The translations under genes were made by a program, and so were the position numbers. The notes under the pieces are model-generated. The model was not told the DNA's origin and ran no database searches. It saw nothing but the letters and a program-made list of their open reading frames with translations. From IMG/VR virus record IMGVR_UViG_3300046777_001709, positions 2,534 to 66,533 of that record: a stretch of 64,000 nt of DNA; one strand, given 5' to 3'. Of the stretch, positions 27,453 to 37,131 are shown one piece after another. Within the stretch, counting starts at the first letter, position 1, and each line of letters begins with the position of its first letter. Source of the DNA: a virus.

Positions 27453-29317
27453 TATAGATACGCCAAATCTAGGAGAAGTTTGTTCTTGATAAAGTTATTT
27501 AACATATTAAAATCACTTGTAGCAGAAACATTATAAATTTGTGCAGCAGTTGTTGAGTAAGATGGTACAGTTTCTTGTATAGGACTTGTATCATCAACTA
27601 TGGCAACTTTTGGACTAGTTCTTTTTTTCTCCGGAACTCTTTGTTTTGTTTCTTGAGATTTAGGAGATATTCTTGCCATTGTTGTAGAAGATGGACTTCC
27701 GATAAAAGGTAATGATGCACTAAAACCATATTCCAATGGATCAATAACATTTTTTCTAGGGCGTCCAACTTCTCCAATTCTTGGTGATATTTCCCAATGC
27801 AAATGTGGTCCTGTAGATCTTCCGGTACTTCCAACATATCCTATAATAGTTGTTGAAGATACTTTATCACCTTTTTTATATTTTGATGGAGAATTCATGT
27901 GAGCATACATATGTTCAATACCAGAAGAATCAACATAAAATACACTATAACCATACCCGTTATACCACCCAGAATCGGTGATAACAGCATCTGTAATTGG
28001 ATATAATGGAGTTCCTGAGGTAGTTGCAATATCTCTACCTCTATGATCTCTTCCCCTACTTTTAATGTAACCTGCTCTATCTCCTATACTTAAACCAAGT
28101 TTTTTGGGATCCAATGGACTTTTTGGTTGTGTAGATTTTGGTGGTTGTGTAGATTTTGGTGGTTGTGATGATGCTCCTGGTTTGAAAGATCTAATAAAAC
28201 TATTATGTTTTTGATTTCTTTGGGTATAAACTTCCGCAGCAGGTCTTTCCCATTTATCCATCCACCAATATGCTGCTTCTTCTGGAGTTGAAAATTGCCT
28301 TTTTAAATAATCTGGACCCCTATCTTCACCAATTGCATATTTTATTTGTGATTTCCAGTTGGTTTTATAATCCGGAACTGCTCTTAAGAATGCTTCTTTT
28401 CTACCAGCACTAGAATATTGGAATAAACCGATACCAGGACCTCCTGATTCTTTTACACCTATTCTAAAATCGCTTTCACCCTTTATATTTGCAAGAATAC
28501 CTAAAGCATGTATATGAGATACTCCTAATTGTCTAAGATAGGAATATCCTGCTTTTGGATCAAGAACTCCTGAGGAAGTTGTTTCTGGACCAGTGTATGT
28601 GGGTGCTTGTGTAGATGTAGATTCTGGATATAATGTTCCTTGTCTTTGTTCCCCTAAACCAGGTGCTTGTTCTCCAGTCTCTAAAGATTCTGTAAGTGGT
28701 GTAGTGAATAATGAAAATCCTTCATATATTTGTGATCCTAAATTTGCAACTGATGAATTAAGTTCCCTAAAAGATCTTGATACATTACCTTCACTAAATT
28801 CATTAAAATCTAATCTTACAATAGCATCCAAACTATAAAACAAAGTATTGTTGAATGAGGTGAATATATCTGATAAAGAATTTATAAAACCTCTCATCAT
28901 TGAACCAACCTTTCCTACACGAGAAACAAATTCTTTTCCCATGAAAATCCAAGTAGGAATATTTTCAACAATCCATCCGGCAGTTATAAAACCAAGAAAT
29001 GATAATAGTCTTCTTAATGGACTTCCTTCACTGTTCAATGCAAAGTTAAGACCTCTTGATGGTAAAGTTGATACTCTTGATGCTTCTATCTGATCTTCTT
29101 TTTCTCTTCTTTTCGATGCTTCTACTCTTCTATAATAAAGAATTGAAGATTGTTGCGACAGTTCATTTTTTACTCTAGTATTTCTTGAAATTGTTTTTGA
29201 AATATTATTAACGGAAGTTCCAACAGTTGATACAGATTTTTTTGTTGAAAAAACTGAATTAGATATATTGTTAATATTGACTGATGATTTTCTGAGAGTA
29301 TCTGCTAATATTGCCAT
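27452..29317 (-). CDS. baseplate lytic protein: phage tail lysozyme + M23 peptidase
   Basis: GILANIKGES...GIGLFQY...WERPA; HRGRD, YAHM, TGRSTGPHLHWE. Confidence 0.85.
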   Translation of the reverse strand: MAILADTLRKSSVNINNISNSVFSTKKSVSTVGTSVNNISKTISRNTRVKNELSQQSSILYYRRVEASKRREKEDQIEASRVSTLPSRGLNFALNSEGSPLRRLLSFLGFITAGWIVENIPTWIFMGKEFVSRVGKVGSMMRGFINSLSDIFTSFNNTLFYSLDAIVRLDFNEFSEGNVSRSFRELNSSVANLGSQIYEGFSLFTTPLTESLETGEQAPGLGEQRQGTLYPESTSTQAPTYTGPETTSSGVLDPKAGYSYLRQLGVSHIHALGILANIKGESDFRIGVKESGGPGIGLFQYSSAGRKEAFLRAVPDYKTNWKSQIKYAIGEDRGPDYLKRQFSTPEEAAYWWMDKWERPAAEVYTQRNQKHNSFIRSFKPGASSQPPKSTQPPKSTQPKSPLDPKKLGLSIGDRAGYIKSRGRDHRGRDIATTSGTPLYPITDAVITDSGWYNGYGYSVFYVDSSGIEHMYAHMNSPSKYKKGDKVSSTTIIGYVGSTGRSTGPHLHWEISPRIGEVGRPRKNVIDPLEYGFSASLPFIGSPSSTTMARISPKSQETKQRVPEKKRTSPKVAIVDDTSPIQETVPSYSTTAAQIYNVSATSDFNMLNNFIKNKLLLDLAYL

Positions 29318-29318
29318 A

Positions 29319-30806
29319 TCACATCACCACATTATAGTTTAGTTGTGAGTATAATACATAAAAGTTATCAGGGTTTGCAGGATTTATTAGTGGTACATCA
29401 CTCAGTGCTCCACTAGTGACTGGTAGACTTTCTTGATTTCTATTTTGATTAATTGTAGACATTAAAATGACACTAGGTTTTGGATCTGGTAAACTTCCAA
29501 CATTTTGTTGTTGTTTAGGTGGTGCCATTACCTGTGCTGGCATAATTGGTGATGATGATTCAGGTTTTGGTGGTGAAACTACTGCAGTTGGTATCATCGT
29601 TGCCGATGAAGTTACTTCTGGACTTTGAGTATTTTGAGCAGAATCTGATGCTTGTGTTGTTAAATTATTTGTATCTGTGTTCATCATGGGTGTGACTGGT
29701 ACCACTGATGGTGATGAAGTCATGTTCGCAGAAGATGACTCTTTATTGGGCACTTTGTCTGCATTATTCATACCCAATAAAGAAGCAGCTTTATTTGTAG
29801 TTTCTTTTGTTAAATTTTTTGCTGCATTTACAATGTCGTCGGCAACTTTGTTATTTTCAAAAATGTTGCTGCCAAATGCTTCTGCAATTTCATCAGCAAT
29901 AAATCCAGCACCAGCAGCCATTCTTACAAATTTAAAAGGACCCAATAAAGATGCAACTGCTAATAAACCATCAACATTTTCATTATTAAAAAAGTTCATT
30001 AAACCACTGATAACGGTAATACCTTTAGTAATTCCACCACCCACGGCACCACCACCTTTTGGTTTTCTTCCAGGCATCAAATTCAATGCGGCAGAAAGTG
30101 GTTTAGTAATAAAAAGTTTTGTTAGAAAACTTCCAATTGTACCAATGGTTTTCATTATCAAACCAAATCCTGCTTTAATTGCTACTAGTCCTCCAACAAG
30201 AATGCCAACATTTTTTAAGACATTCCCCTTAATATCATTAACTTTATCTACACCTTCTTTTTGATTTATATCTAGTAGATCTATTGTTTCTTTTGCAATC
30301 CACCCCAAGAATAATGCACTAAGAGCGGTACCAATACTAGAAAAAATATTGCTTACTTTAGGAGTTAATTTTTCTACAGGTTCTAGAATTGAATTCTGTA
30401 TTTTTTGCTCAGATTCATTTTCTTTTCCTATTCTAATTTCTTGCTCAGCAAGTCTTCTATCTCTTTCTTGCTGCGCTCTTATTCTATTTTCTTCAGATAA
30501 ACTATCTTGCTGAAGAAGAACTGATATTCCAGCAAGACCTGTTCCTAATTTTGTTATTTCATTTCTAAGACTTTCAATATTAGAATTTAATTCAACCAAT
30601 GCTAGTTGATTTCCTTGAGCAGCAGCAATATTTTGACTATCTACTTCTGCCCTTTGTCTCTCAATTCTAATATTTTCCTCACGCATTATTGAGGAATTAA
30701 TAGATGCTCTTTTCATAAGAGCATTTCTGACATCCTGTGACAATATGGATCCCGTCACTGGATCAATACCAGTTCTACCAACTACTTCGGGATCCAATTC
30801 TGCCAT
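29319..30806 (-). CDS. baseplate hub/tape-measure-like protein
   Basis: Coiled-coil N-terminus, Ser/Pro-rich tail, syntenic position. Confidence 0.5.
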   Translation of the reverse strand: MAELDPEVVGRTGIDPVTGSILSQDVRNALMKRASINSSIMREENIRIERQRAEVDSQNIAAAQGNQLALVELNSNIESLRNEITKLGTGLAGISVLLQQDSLSEENRIRAQQERDRRLAEQEIRIGKENESEQKIQNSILEPVEKLTPKVSNIFSSIGTALSALFLGWIAKETIDLLDINQKEGVDKVNDIKGNVLKNVGILVGGLVAIKAGFGLIMKTIGTIGSFLTKLFITKPLSAALNLMPGRKPKGGGAVGGGITKGITVISGLMNFFNNENVDGLLAVASLLGPFKFVRMAAGAGFIADEIAEAFGSNIFENNKVADDIVNAAKNLTKETTNKAASLLGMNNADKVPNKESSSANMTSSPSVVPVTPMMNTDTNNLTTQASDSAQNTQSPEVTSSATMIPTAVVSPPKPESSSPIMPAQVMAPPKQQQNVGSLPDPKPSVILMSTINQNRNQESLPVTSGALSDVPLINPANPDNFYVLYSQLNYNVVM

Positions 30807-30833
30807 TGCTAGTTATTGTATCTTTGTTTGTAT

Positions 30834-31001
30834 TTATTGTGAATTTTTAATGTTTTCTTCTTCAATATATTGCTTTAGAAGAGCAATATAGATTTCCCTT
30901 TCCCAAGGGATCATATTTTCTATTTCAGTCAAAGAATATTTGTGATGTTGTACTAGAGAAAAGTTTGTTTTATAATATGACTCAAGATTTTCATGAGCCA
31001 T
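30834..31001 (-). CDS. gp51: baseplate hub assembly catalyst gp51 (55 aa), not in ORF track
   Basis: YYKTNFSLVQHHKYSLTEIENMIPWEREIY; follows gp26. Confidence 0.9.
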   Translation of the reverse strand: MAHENLESYYKTNFSLVQHHKYSLTEIENMIPWEREIYIALLKQYIEEENIKNSQ

Positions 31002-31003
31002 TC

Positions 31004-31720
31004 CTAGGCGAAAAAACTAGAAAGTCCCTCCATTACAACCTCACTTTCAACACCAGTATTTGGATTTTTAATTTTAATAGTGTGAGATAGTTTAGGCATA
31101 GTCTCAAAAAACTTTTCAACTTGTTTGAATTGTTTTGGACTTAGTTGATCAACAAATTCACCAAGTTCTTTCTTTGTACAGTCTGATGCTGCCCAAGATT
31201 CTTCTTCGGAATATACCTGTTCAATACAGGATATAATCATATCAAAAGTATCATCAACACTAACATTAAAATCAGTTGTAAAATTAGTTTTAATAAATTC
31301 TTTCATTGAAGGATATCTCATCCTTAAAGTAAGAGTATCATCCAGTTTTATGTCTCTAGAATGATCATCAGATACGATAATACCTATATCATCAAGATTA
31401 ATACTAATCGGAACTTGTGTTTTTCCGTCATCTGGACAAGTAATTAGTACATCAACACTTTCCCCGACAGATTTACCACGAATATTAAGGAAAAGATATT
31501 CAATATCAAATGTAGAAAGTTGATCCACTTTAATACCTTTTGTTAAAATGCAATTGGAAATTACAGTTTTAACTGCTTCGGCAATCTGCTTTGGATCTTC
31601 ACTTTCCATAGCAATAATGAGAATTTTTTCTTCTTTTACCAAAAAGGGTCTATATTTAATTTCCTTTTTTAGTGATGGAATTTCTAATGTATACGAAGGA
31701 GTTGCAATCTTAGGAAGCAT
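31004..31720 (-). CDS. gp26: baseplate hub subunit gp26
   Basis: LPKIATPSY...YRPFLVKEEKIL...FDIEYLFLNIRGKSVGE. Confidence 0.92.
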   Translation of the reverse strand: MLPKIATPSYTLEIPSLKKEIKYRPFLVKEEKILIIAMESEDPKQIAEAVKTVISNCILTKGIKVDQLSTFDIEYLFLNIRGKSVGESVDVLITCPDDGKTQVPISINLDDIGIIVSDDHSRDIKLDDTLTLRMRYPSMKEFIKTNFTTDFNVSVDDTFDMIISCIEQVYSEEESWAASDCTKKELGEFVDQLSPKQFKQVEKFFETMPKLSHTIKIKNPNTGVESEVVMEGLSSFFA

Positions 31721-31750
31721 TCTTTGTTTCAGTTCAGTTGCTTCTATTTA

Positions 31751-32548
31751 TTAGATCACCGTTGGATTGACATTTCCTGGAGTATAATTGACACCTCTTA
31801 CACCACTCTCATTACCAAGTGATTGACCAGTTCTATAAATTGTTGGTGGTTTAATTTCTTGGTTAACTGGTTTTTGTGGTTGACTTGGTTCTTTATTATT
31901 ATTTTCATTTCTGAATATATCAAAACTCAATGCTCTTCCAGCAACATAACGATCAATCTTAAATGTTGCCTGAACTTTTAATAATTCTGATGAAGTATAA
32001 CTGACAGGAATTGAAGCAATATTATATGGATATAATCCTATGAATGTATATTCAATTTCTGCATTATAATCTCTATCAAATTTAATTATTCTCGTTTTGT
32101 TTGATTTATAATTTTCTGGATATTGCATTCTGATAAAATAACCAGTGTCTACATTCTGGTTTATTGGATCATTAAACCCATCTATTGGATTATGAGATCC
32201 ACTGGCAATAAATTCCATCCAGTGTTCTAAAAACTTCAATGCCTTATAGTTATTATCCACATAAAATTCTAATGATATATCTGGATACTGTCTAGTATGA
32301 GCAAAAGTTTCAGTAATACCAGTATAATTTCCTCTTATATCTGCCGTGGCAAGTTGAGTTGTTGGTAGTATGGCATTAAAGCACAACAATCCAGCATCTT
32401 CTGCAATAAATCTTGAGGTTACACCTCTTGATCTAAGATATGTTTTTAATTCTGACGGAAGACCACCAAATATTACTTGATAATGTGAAGTTTGTGCAAG
32501 GTTTGTAAATAGTGGTTTAATATCCGATATCTTGCGTGGTGTTGCCAC
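31751..32548 (-). CDS. baseplate-tail tube junction/tube-fold protein (gp54-like)
   Basis: Tube-fold pattern (LEFYVD...FLEHWMEFI...YPENY...YTFIGLYP). Confidence 0.6.
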   Translation of the reverse strand: MATPRKISDIKPLFTNLAQTSHYQVIFGGLPSELKTYLRSRGVTSRFIAEDAGLLCFNAILPTTQLATADIRGNYTGITETFAHTRQYPDISLEFYVDNNYKALKFLEHWMEFIASGSHNPIDGFNDPINQNVDTGYFIRMQYPENYKSNKTRIIKFDRDYNAEIEYTFIGLYPYNIASIPVSYTSSELLKVQATFKIDRYVAGRALSFDIFRNENNNKEPSQPQKPVNQEIKPPTIYRTGQSLGNESGVRGVNYTPGNVNPTVI

Positions 32549-32550
32549 TC

Positions 32551-32587
32551 TAAATACCTACTATAAGTCTTGTGTTATAGTTATTTA
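32551..32587. promoter_or_regulatory. divergent T4-type late promoters (TAAATA on both strands)
   Basis: taaata 32551-32556 (+) and tattta 32582-32587 (-) in the 40-nt gap. Confidence 0.7.
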
Positions 32588-32588
32588 G

Positions 32589-33029
32589 ATGTCCTATAAA
32601 GGAAAATATAAGATAAAAAATCCACAAAAATACAAAGGTGATCCAACCTCTGTTATATGGAGATCTTTATGGGAAAGAAAGTATATGAAATATTTGGATA
32701 ATAACGAAAATATCATTGAATGGTCAAGTGAAGAAATATTCCTTTGGTATAAATCTCCTTTAGATAATAGACCTCATAGATACTTCCCAGATTTTTTTGT
32801 CAGAGAAAAGTGTTCAGATGGAAAAATAAGATCATATCTTGTAGAGATTAAACCAAAAAGACAGACGGCACCTCCACAAAAACCAAAAAGACAAACAAAA
32901 GGATACTTGTATGAGGTAATGGAGTACGCAAAAAATCAAAGTAAATGGGAAGTTGCTAAAGAGTATTGTGCTGATAGAGGTTGGGAATTTAGAGTACTTA
33001 CAGAAGACGATCTTAATATAAGATACTAA
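32589..33029 (+). CDS. gp4: head completion nuclease gp4
   Basis: YKGKY...NPQKYKGDP...RSLWERKYM...HRYFPDF...VEIKP...NQSKW. Confidence 0.93.
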   Translation: MSYKGKYKIKNPQKYKGDPTSVIWRSLWERKYMKYLDNNENIIEWSSEEIFLWYKSPLDNRPHRYFPDFFVREKCSDGKIRSYLVEIKPKRQTAPPQKPKRQTKGYLYEVMEYAKNQSKWEVAKEYCADRGWEFRVLTEDDLNIRY

Positions 33030-33030
33030 A

Positions 33031-33618
33031 ATGGCACTTACAGGATACGAAAAAGCACTAACAGATTATACTAAACAAGAACTTATTGAAATTGCAGAAA
33101 AATATTCTGTCTACTATAGCACGGCAACTGGGGAAGGAAGAATATCTGGGTACGCTAGATTATCAAAGACACAGTTAATTTCTATCATCAAGAACGATAG
33201 TGATTATAAGGATGCAAATCCAAAATCACCAAGAAGAGATAAAAAAAGTAGAAGACTAACCAATAGATTAAAAAACTTTAAAGAATCTTTAATTGGAATT
33301 GAAAAACCAGATGATTTAATGGATGAAATTTTAGGACTAATAAGTGACACAAAAAGAGATTTTATAGTACCTGGAAGATATTATACTTATGTTTATTATG
33401 CAGTAACACCAAGACTTGTATACGATAGATATCCTTTAATTAAAGCGGGAGATATTTTAGAGAGAGGATTTAGAGGATTTAATTATCACCTAGGTAAGAT
33501 AAGACAATATAATACTGTAGACGGAGATAGACTTGTTAGTGGATTGTATGAATTAAGTGCTCAAGAATTCAATACTCTCTTGTCAGTTCCTTATAGGAAA
33601 TTGATTAGAAATCCATAA
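33031..33618 (+). CDS. DNA end protector gp2-like protein with Rho-N/HeH-like N-terminal extension
   Basis: PGRYYTYVY...YDRYPLI...GFRGFNYH; position after gp4. Confidence 0.65.
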   Translation: MALTGYEKALTDYTKQELIEIAEKYSVYYSTATGEGRISGYARLSKTQLISIIKNDSDYKDANPKSPRRDKKSRRLTNRLKNFKESLIGIEKPDDLMDEILGLISDTKRDFIVPGRYYTYVYYAVTPRLVYDRYPLIKAGDILERGFRGFNYHLGKIRQYNTVDGDRLVSGLYELSAQEFNTLLSVPYRKLIRNP

Positions 33619-33634
33619 ATAGTTAAAAAAATAA

Positions 33635-34549
33635 ATGGCAAAATACCTCAGATATCCTCTAAAGAACATTGGTTCTCAGGATGATTTCTTTAAAATCCAA
33701 ATTATTAAATATGAGGCACCTGGTCTCAATTTAACAGGAGGTTTTGCTTTAAGAACAACTGAACAGGCATTAGAAGAAGCATCATTAAAAGATCCTAATA
33801 AAGTCAAGACCCCAGAGGCAACAATTATTCTTCCAATGCCTCAAAATATACAAGATAGTAATGCTGCAGATTGGTCTAGTGGAACAATGAATCCCTTAAA
33901 TGCCGCTACTGCAGTTGCAGCAAATTCTGCAGTTCTTAGTGACAATGTTGCAAAATCATTGATGAAATCATTAGATAATCTTGGACTAAATTCTCAAGGA
34001 ATTTTAGATAGTGGTGAAGGTCAGCAAGGTGTTGCTGCAACGGCAGCTGCTCTTGCGGCAAGAGCATTAACTGGACAAGGTGGAATTGATCAAATAGTTT
34101 CTAGAGCAACTGGTCAGGTATTCAACCAAAACGTTGAAGTTTTATTTAATGGTGTACAAATAAGATCTGCATTTCAATTTTCTTTTGATTTAGTACCAAG
34201 ATCAAAAAAAGAATCTGATATTATTAAAGATATTATTAGAACTTTTAAGACAAATATGACACCTAGTAAAGGTACTCAAACTGGTACTGGTAATGGTCTA
34301 TTCATTAAAGCACCAAATGTATTTAAATTGCAGTATATGAGTGGTGGTAAACAACACCAATTTTTACATAGATTTAAACCATGTGCATTAACTCAAATGT
34401 CAGTTGACTATACTGGATCTGGTCAATATTCGACTTATTCTGATGCAACACCAGTTCATATGAGATTGTCTTTACAATTCCAAGAACTAAGTCCAATTTA
34501 CGCAGAAGACTACAATACAACAGAAGGAAGAACTGGAGTTGGTTACTAA
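33635..34549 (+). CDS. gp48: baseplate tail tube cap gp48
   Basis: LRYP, IILPMP, FNQNVEVLFNG...FQFSFDLVPRS, L.FQELSPIY; ATAAATA at 33615. Confidence 0.9.
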   Translation: MAKYLRYPLKNIGSQDDFFKIQIIKYEAPGLNLTGGFALRTTEQALEEASLKDPNKVKTPEATIILPMPQNIQDSNAADWSSGTMNPLNAATAVAANSAVLSDNVAKSLMKSLDNLGLNSQGILDSGEGQQGVAATAAALAARALTGQGGIDQIVSRATGQVFNQNVEVLFNGVQIRSAFQFSFDLVPRSKKESDIIKDIIRTFKTNMTPSKGTQTGTGNGLFIKAPNVFKLQYMSGGKQHQFLHRFKPCALTQMSVDYTGSGQYSTYSDATPVHMRLSLQFQELSPIYAEDYNTTEGRTGVGY

Positions 34550-35199
34550 TGTCTTACTTTAGAGAACTACCAAATTTACAATACCAATCATTTTTATCAG
34601 ACAGAAAATCTTCTGATGATTATATTTTAGTAAAAAATATTTTCAGAAGAGCAAAACTTAGAGACGATCTTCAGAATGTTTTTACTATTTTCAATAAGTA
34701 TCAAATACCTGATGGATCAAGACCAGAATTAGTTGCAGAAGAACTCTATGGAAGTTCTCAATATGACTGGGTTGTTTTAATTGGTGCGGGTATTACTAAT
34801 GTAAGAAACCAGTGGCCTTTATCTGATAAAGAAGTATATGATTATGCAGAAACTGTTTATGGTAATGAACTAAATGCAATTCATCATTATGAAACAGTTG
34901 AAGTTAGAGATTTAAATGACAAATTAATTCTTCCTGCAGGAAAAGTAGTAGATCAAGATTTTACTATTCCTAACCCTAATAATCCTTTGGCAACCTTAAA
35001 TCCAGTAACTGGAGTTACAAATTATGAGTATGAAGTTTTAAAAAATAATGAAAAGAGAGGAATATATGTATTAAAACCAAGTTATCTACAACAAGTGCTG
35101 ACAGATATGAGAAAAATGATGACTTATGATAAATCATCACAGTATATTAATGAGAAATTGATTAAGACTGAAAATACCAGAGCATCAAATCCATTTTAA
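34549..35199 (+). CDS. gp53: baseplate wedge protein gp53
   Basis: YFRELP, RPELVAEELYGSSQYDWVVL, QWPLS, NEKRGIYVLKP. Confidence 0.92.
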   Translation: MSYFRELPNLQYQSFLSDRKSSDDYILVKNIFRRAKLRDDLQNVFTIFNKYQIPDGSRPELVAEELYGSSQYDWVVLIGAGITNVRNQWPLSDKEVYDYAETVYGNELNAIHHYETVEVRDLNDKLILPAGKVVDQDFTIPNPNNPLATLNPVTGVTNYEYEVLKNNEKRGIYVLKPSYLQQVLTDMRKMMTYDKSSQYINEKLIKTENTRASNPF

Positions 35200-35775
35200 A
35201 CTCAAAGATTTATCAAAGACCATAACATAACGGTGCTTACGGGAACGGTCTCTCCATTCTCCCTCAGCACCTTTTATTTTGCCACGAGAATGTTTAGTTC
35301 CGTCTGTATAATAGAAATCTTTCTTTGGATCTGTGAGACCTGCATATTTAAAGTTACAAGCGCGATAAATTGTACCAGTATGATGATCGCTGTCAGCGTA
35401 TGAAATGATTGCCTTGACATCTGTCTCTTTTCTAAGTTTTTTTATACAACGAGATACAAACCAAGAAGTAATGTTATATTCTTCTTCTTGTGTTTTAGGA
35501 TGAATGCAAAGGCGTGATAATTCAAATAGTCCTTGTTGTTGATTTCTTTCAAGACCAAATGCACCCTTTGCAATTTCTGGTACTGGAAGTCCAGTAAAAA
35601 TTACAACTCCAACAGGTCCTCCAATATTTAATGGGGAAAAGTCGTTTGATTTGAATAACCCATAATTATAACCAGATTTATAACCTTTTGAAAAATCTTT
35701 TAGATAATGATAGGTAAGTAAAAGATCTTCTGCCTGTTTCTTTGAAATCCTATCAATATAAAAATCAGATTTCAT
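35185..35775 (-). CDS. Mom-like DNA modification protein (GNAT fold)
   Basis: YHYL, FELSRLC, IISYADSDHHTGTIYRACNF. Confidence 0.75.
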   Translation of the reverse strand: MKSDFYIDRISKKQAEDLLLTYHYLKDFSKGYKSGYNYGLFKSNDFSPLNIGGPVGVVIFTGLPVPEIAKGAFGLERNQQQGLFELSRLCIHPKTQEEEYNITSWFVSRCIKKLRKETDVKAIISYADSDHHTGTIYRACNFKYAGLTDPKKDFYYTDGTKHSRGKIKGAEGEWRDRSRKHRYVMVFDKSLSLKWI

Positions 35776-35802
35776 AAAAAAGGGAGTTTATAAACTCCCC
35801 TT
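35776..35802 (-). terminator. intrinsic terminator after gp32
   Basis: GGGAGTTTATAAACTCCC followed by T6. Confidence 0.8.
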
Positions 35803-35819
35803 ATTATATCATATATTAC

Positions 35820-36737
35820 TTATTCCGCCAAGCGGGCGAAGTATGAGAGAGTGTCATCATCTTCATCTTCATCAACAGAGGCAGAACGAGAAGAATTTAG
35901 ACTGTTCAGTTCTGAGCGAAGGTCATCATCAAGGTCACGAGCAGGACCACGATAATCTTCTTCTTCCTGAACTTCTTCGTCAATACGAGGAGCAGAAGAC
36001 TTCTTACCTAGAACAGAATCAAGACGCTTCTTCAGTTCATCATAAGACTTGAATTGATCAGGAGCAACGATTTCGGCAAGAGAGTATTGCTTTTTCCAGA
36101 TTGCTTCCATCTCGTCATCATCATCTAGAAGGGCACCAGGAGAGGAGAACTCACTGGAATCATAGTTACGATAACCAGCAACGTTCTTTGCCTTCAGTTT
36201 GAAGTTAGCACCCTGCCAGAAGTCAAAAGGATCGATAGGAGTCTCATCTTCAAACTCTGGTTGCATTGCTGCAGTAATCTTATCAAAGATTTTTTTGCCG
36301 TACTTGAAGAGGAATACCTTGCCTTCATTTTGGGGATTGGCAGGATCTTTCACAACATAGATATTGCTGATGTAAGTCAGTTTACGCTTTTGCTTACGGG
36401 CAACTTCTTTACCAGCATCAGTACCATTATTCCACAGTTCGGAGTTTAGTTCTGATACAGGATCTTTCTGACCAAGAGTAGTCAGGGAGTTTTCAATATA
36501 CCAACCACCAGGACCTTGGAATGCGTGACTGTAGAGTTTCACGAAAGGAAGGTCTTCACCATCAGGTGCAGGGAGGAAACGGATTACGGCATAACCATTA
36601 CCGCTTTTATCTACATCCAGTTTCCAAATGCGGTCATCAGAAGAACCGCTAGTGTTATTCATTTTTTCTACTTCCTTGACCAGTTTAGCAGTCAGGGAAC
36701 CAAGTTTGGATTGTTTCTTTAGATCGGCAAAGCCCAT
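35820..36737 (-). CDS. gp32: single-stranded DNA-binding protein gp32
   Basis: DDRIWKL..DKSGNGYAVIRFLP, WYIENSLTT, NYDSSEF, acidic tail. Confidence 0.97.
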   Translation of the reverse strand: MGFADLKKQSKLGSLTAKLVKEVEKMNNTSGSSDDRIWKLDVDKSGNGYAVIRFLPAPDGEDLPFVKLYSHAFQGPGGWYIENSLTTLGQKDPVSELNSELWNNGTDAGKEVARKQKRKLTYISNIYVVKDPANPQNEGKVFLFKYGKKIFDKITAAMQPEFEDETPIDPFDFWQGANFKLKAKNVAGYRNYDSSEFSSPGALLDDDDEMEAIWKKQYSLAEIVAPDQFKSYDELKKRLDSVLGKKSSAPRIDEEVQEEEDYRGPARDLDDDLRSELNSLNSSRSASVDEDEDDDTLSYFARLAE

Positions 36738-36780
36738 TTAGATACCTCGGATAAATTTGGATTCGGGGGATTACTTGGAT

Positions 36781-36809
36781 AGTATATCAAGAATCGAGTC
36801 ACTTGTCAA
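36781..36809 (-). promoter_or_regulatory. sigma70 promoter of gp32, TTGACA-N17-TATACT
   Basis: Near-consensus, 17 nt spacer. Confidence 0.85.
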
Positions 36810-37131
36810 GATATTTTTTAAGTGACTCAATAGTTTGAGTCATACTATTAAACAAGAAATTCATATCAGTCTCTGGTGGGAATCCCATCAGAGCAACTGA
36901 TTTGCGAAGGTTCTCTTTCATTTCAACCGCTTTTGGGTCATCGGAAAGAGATAACCTAGTATACATCACTCTCTGCTTTTCTAGCAAGAGGGTCAGTTTT
37001 TCGATATGTTCCATTTTTTCTTCTCTGGACATACTTCCAAAAGTAAGAATACTTCCGTAAAGAAATTCTTGAAGATCATTAATTTCATCAAGTTCTTGTT
37101 GAATTATTTCGGATTCAAAAAAACTACTCAT
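36799..37131 (-). CDS. DUF1825-like cyanobacterial/cyanophage protein
   Basis: FFESEIIQQE...LLEKQRVMYTRLSLSDDPKA. Confidence 0.75.
   Translation of the reverse strand: MSSFFESEIIQQELDEINDLQEFLYGSILTFGSMSREEKMEHIEKLTLLLEKQRVMYTRLSLSDDPKAVEMKENLRKSVALMGFPPETDMNFLFNSMTQTIESLKKYLDK

Noticed and set aside
28124-28166. QPPKST x3 repeat
   Set aside because: Ordinary low-complexity linker between the lysozyme and M23 domains.
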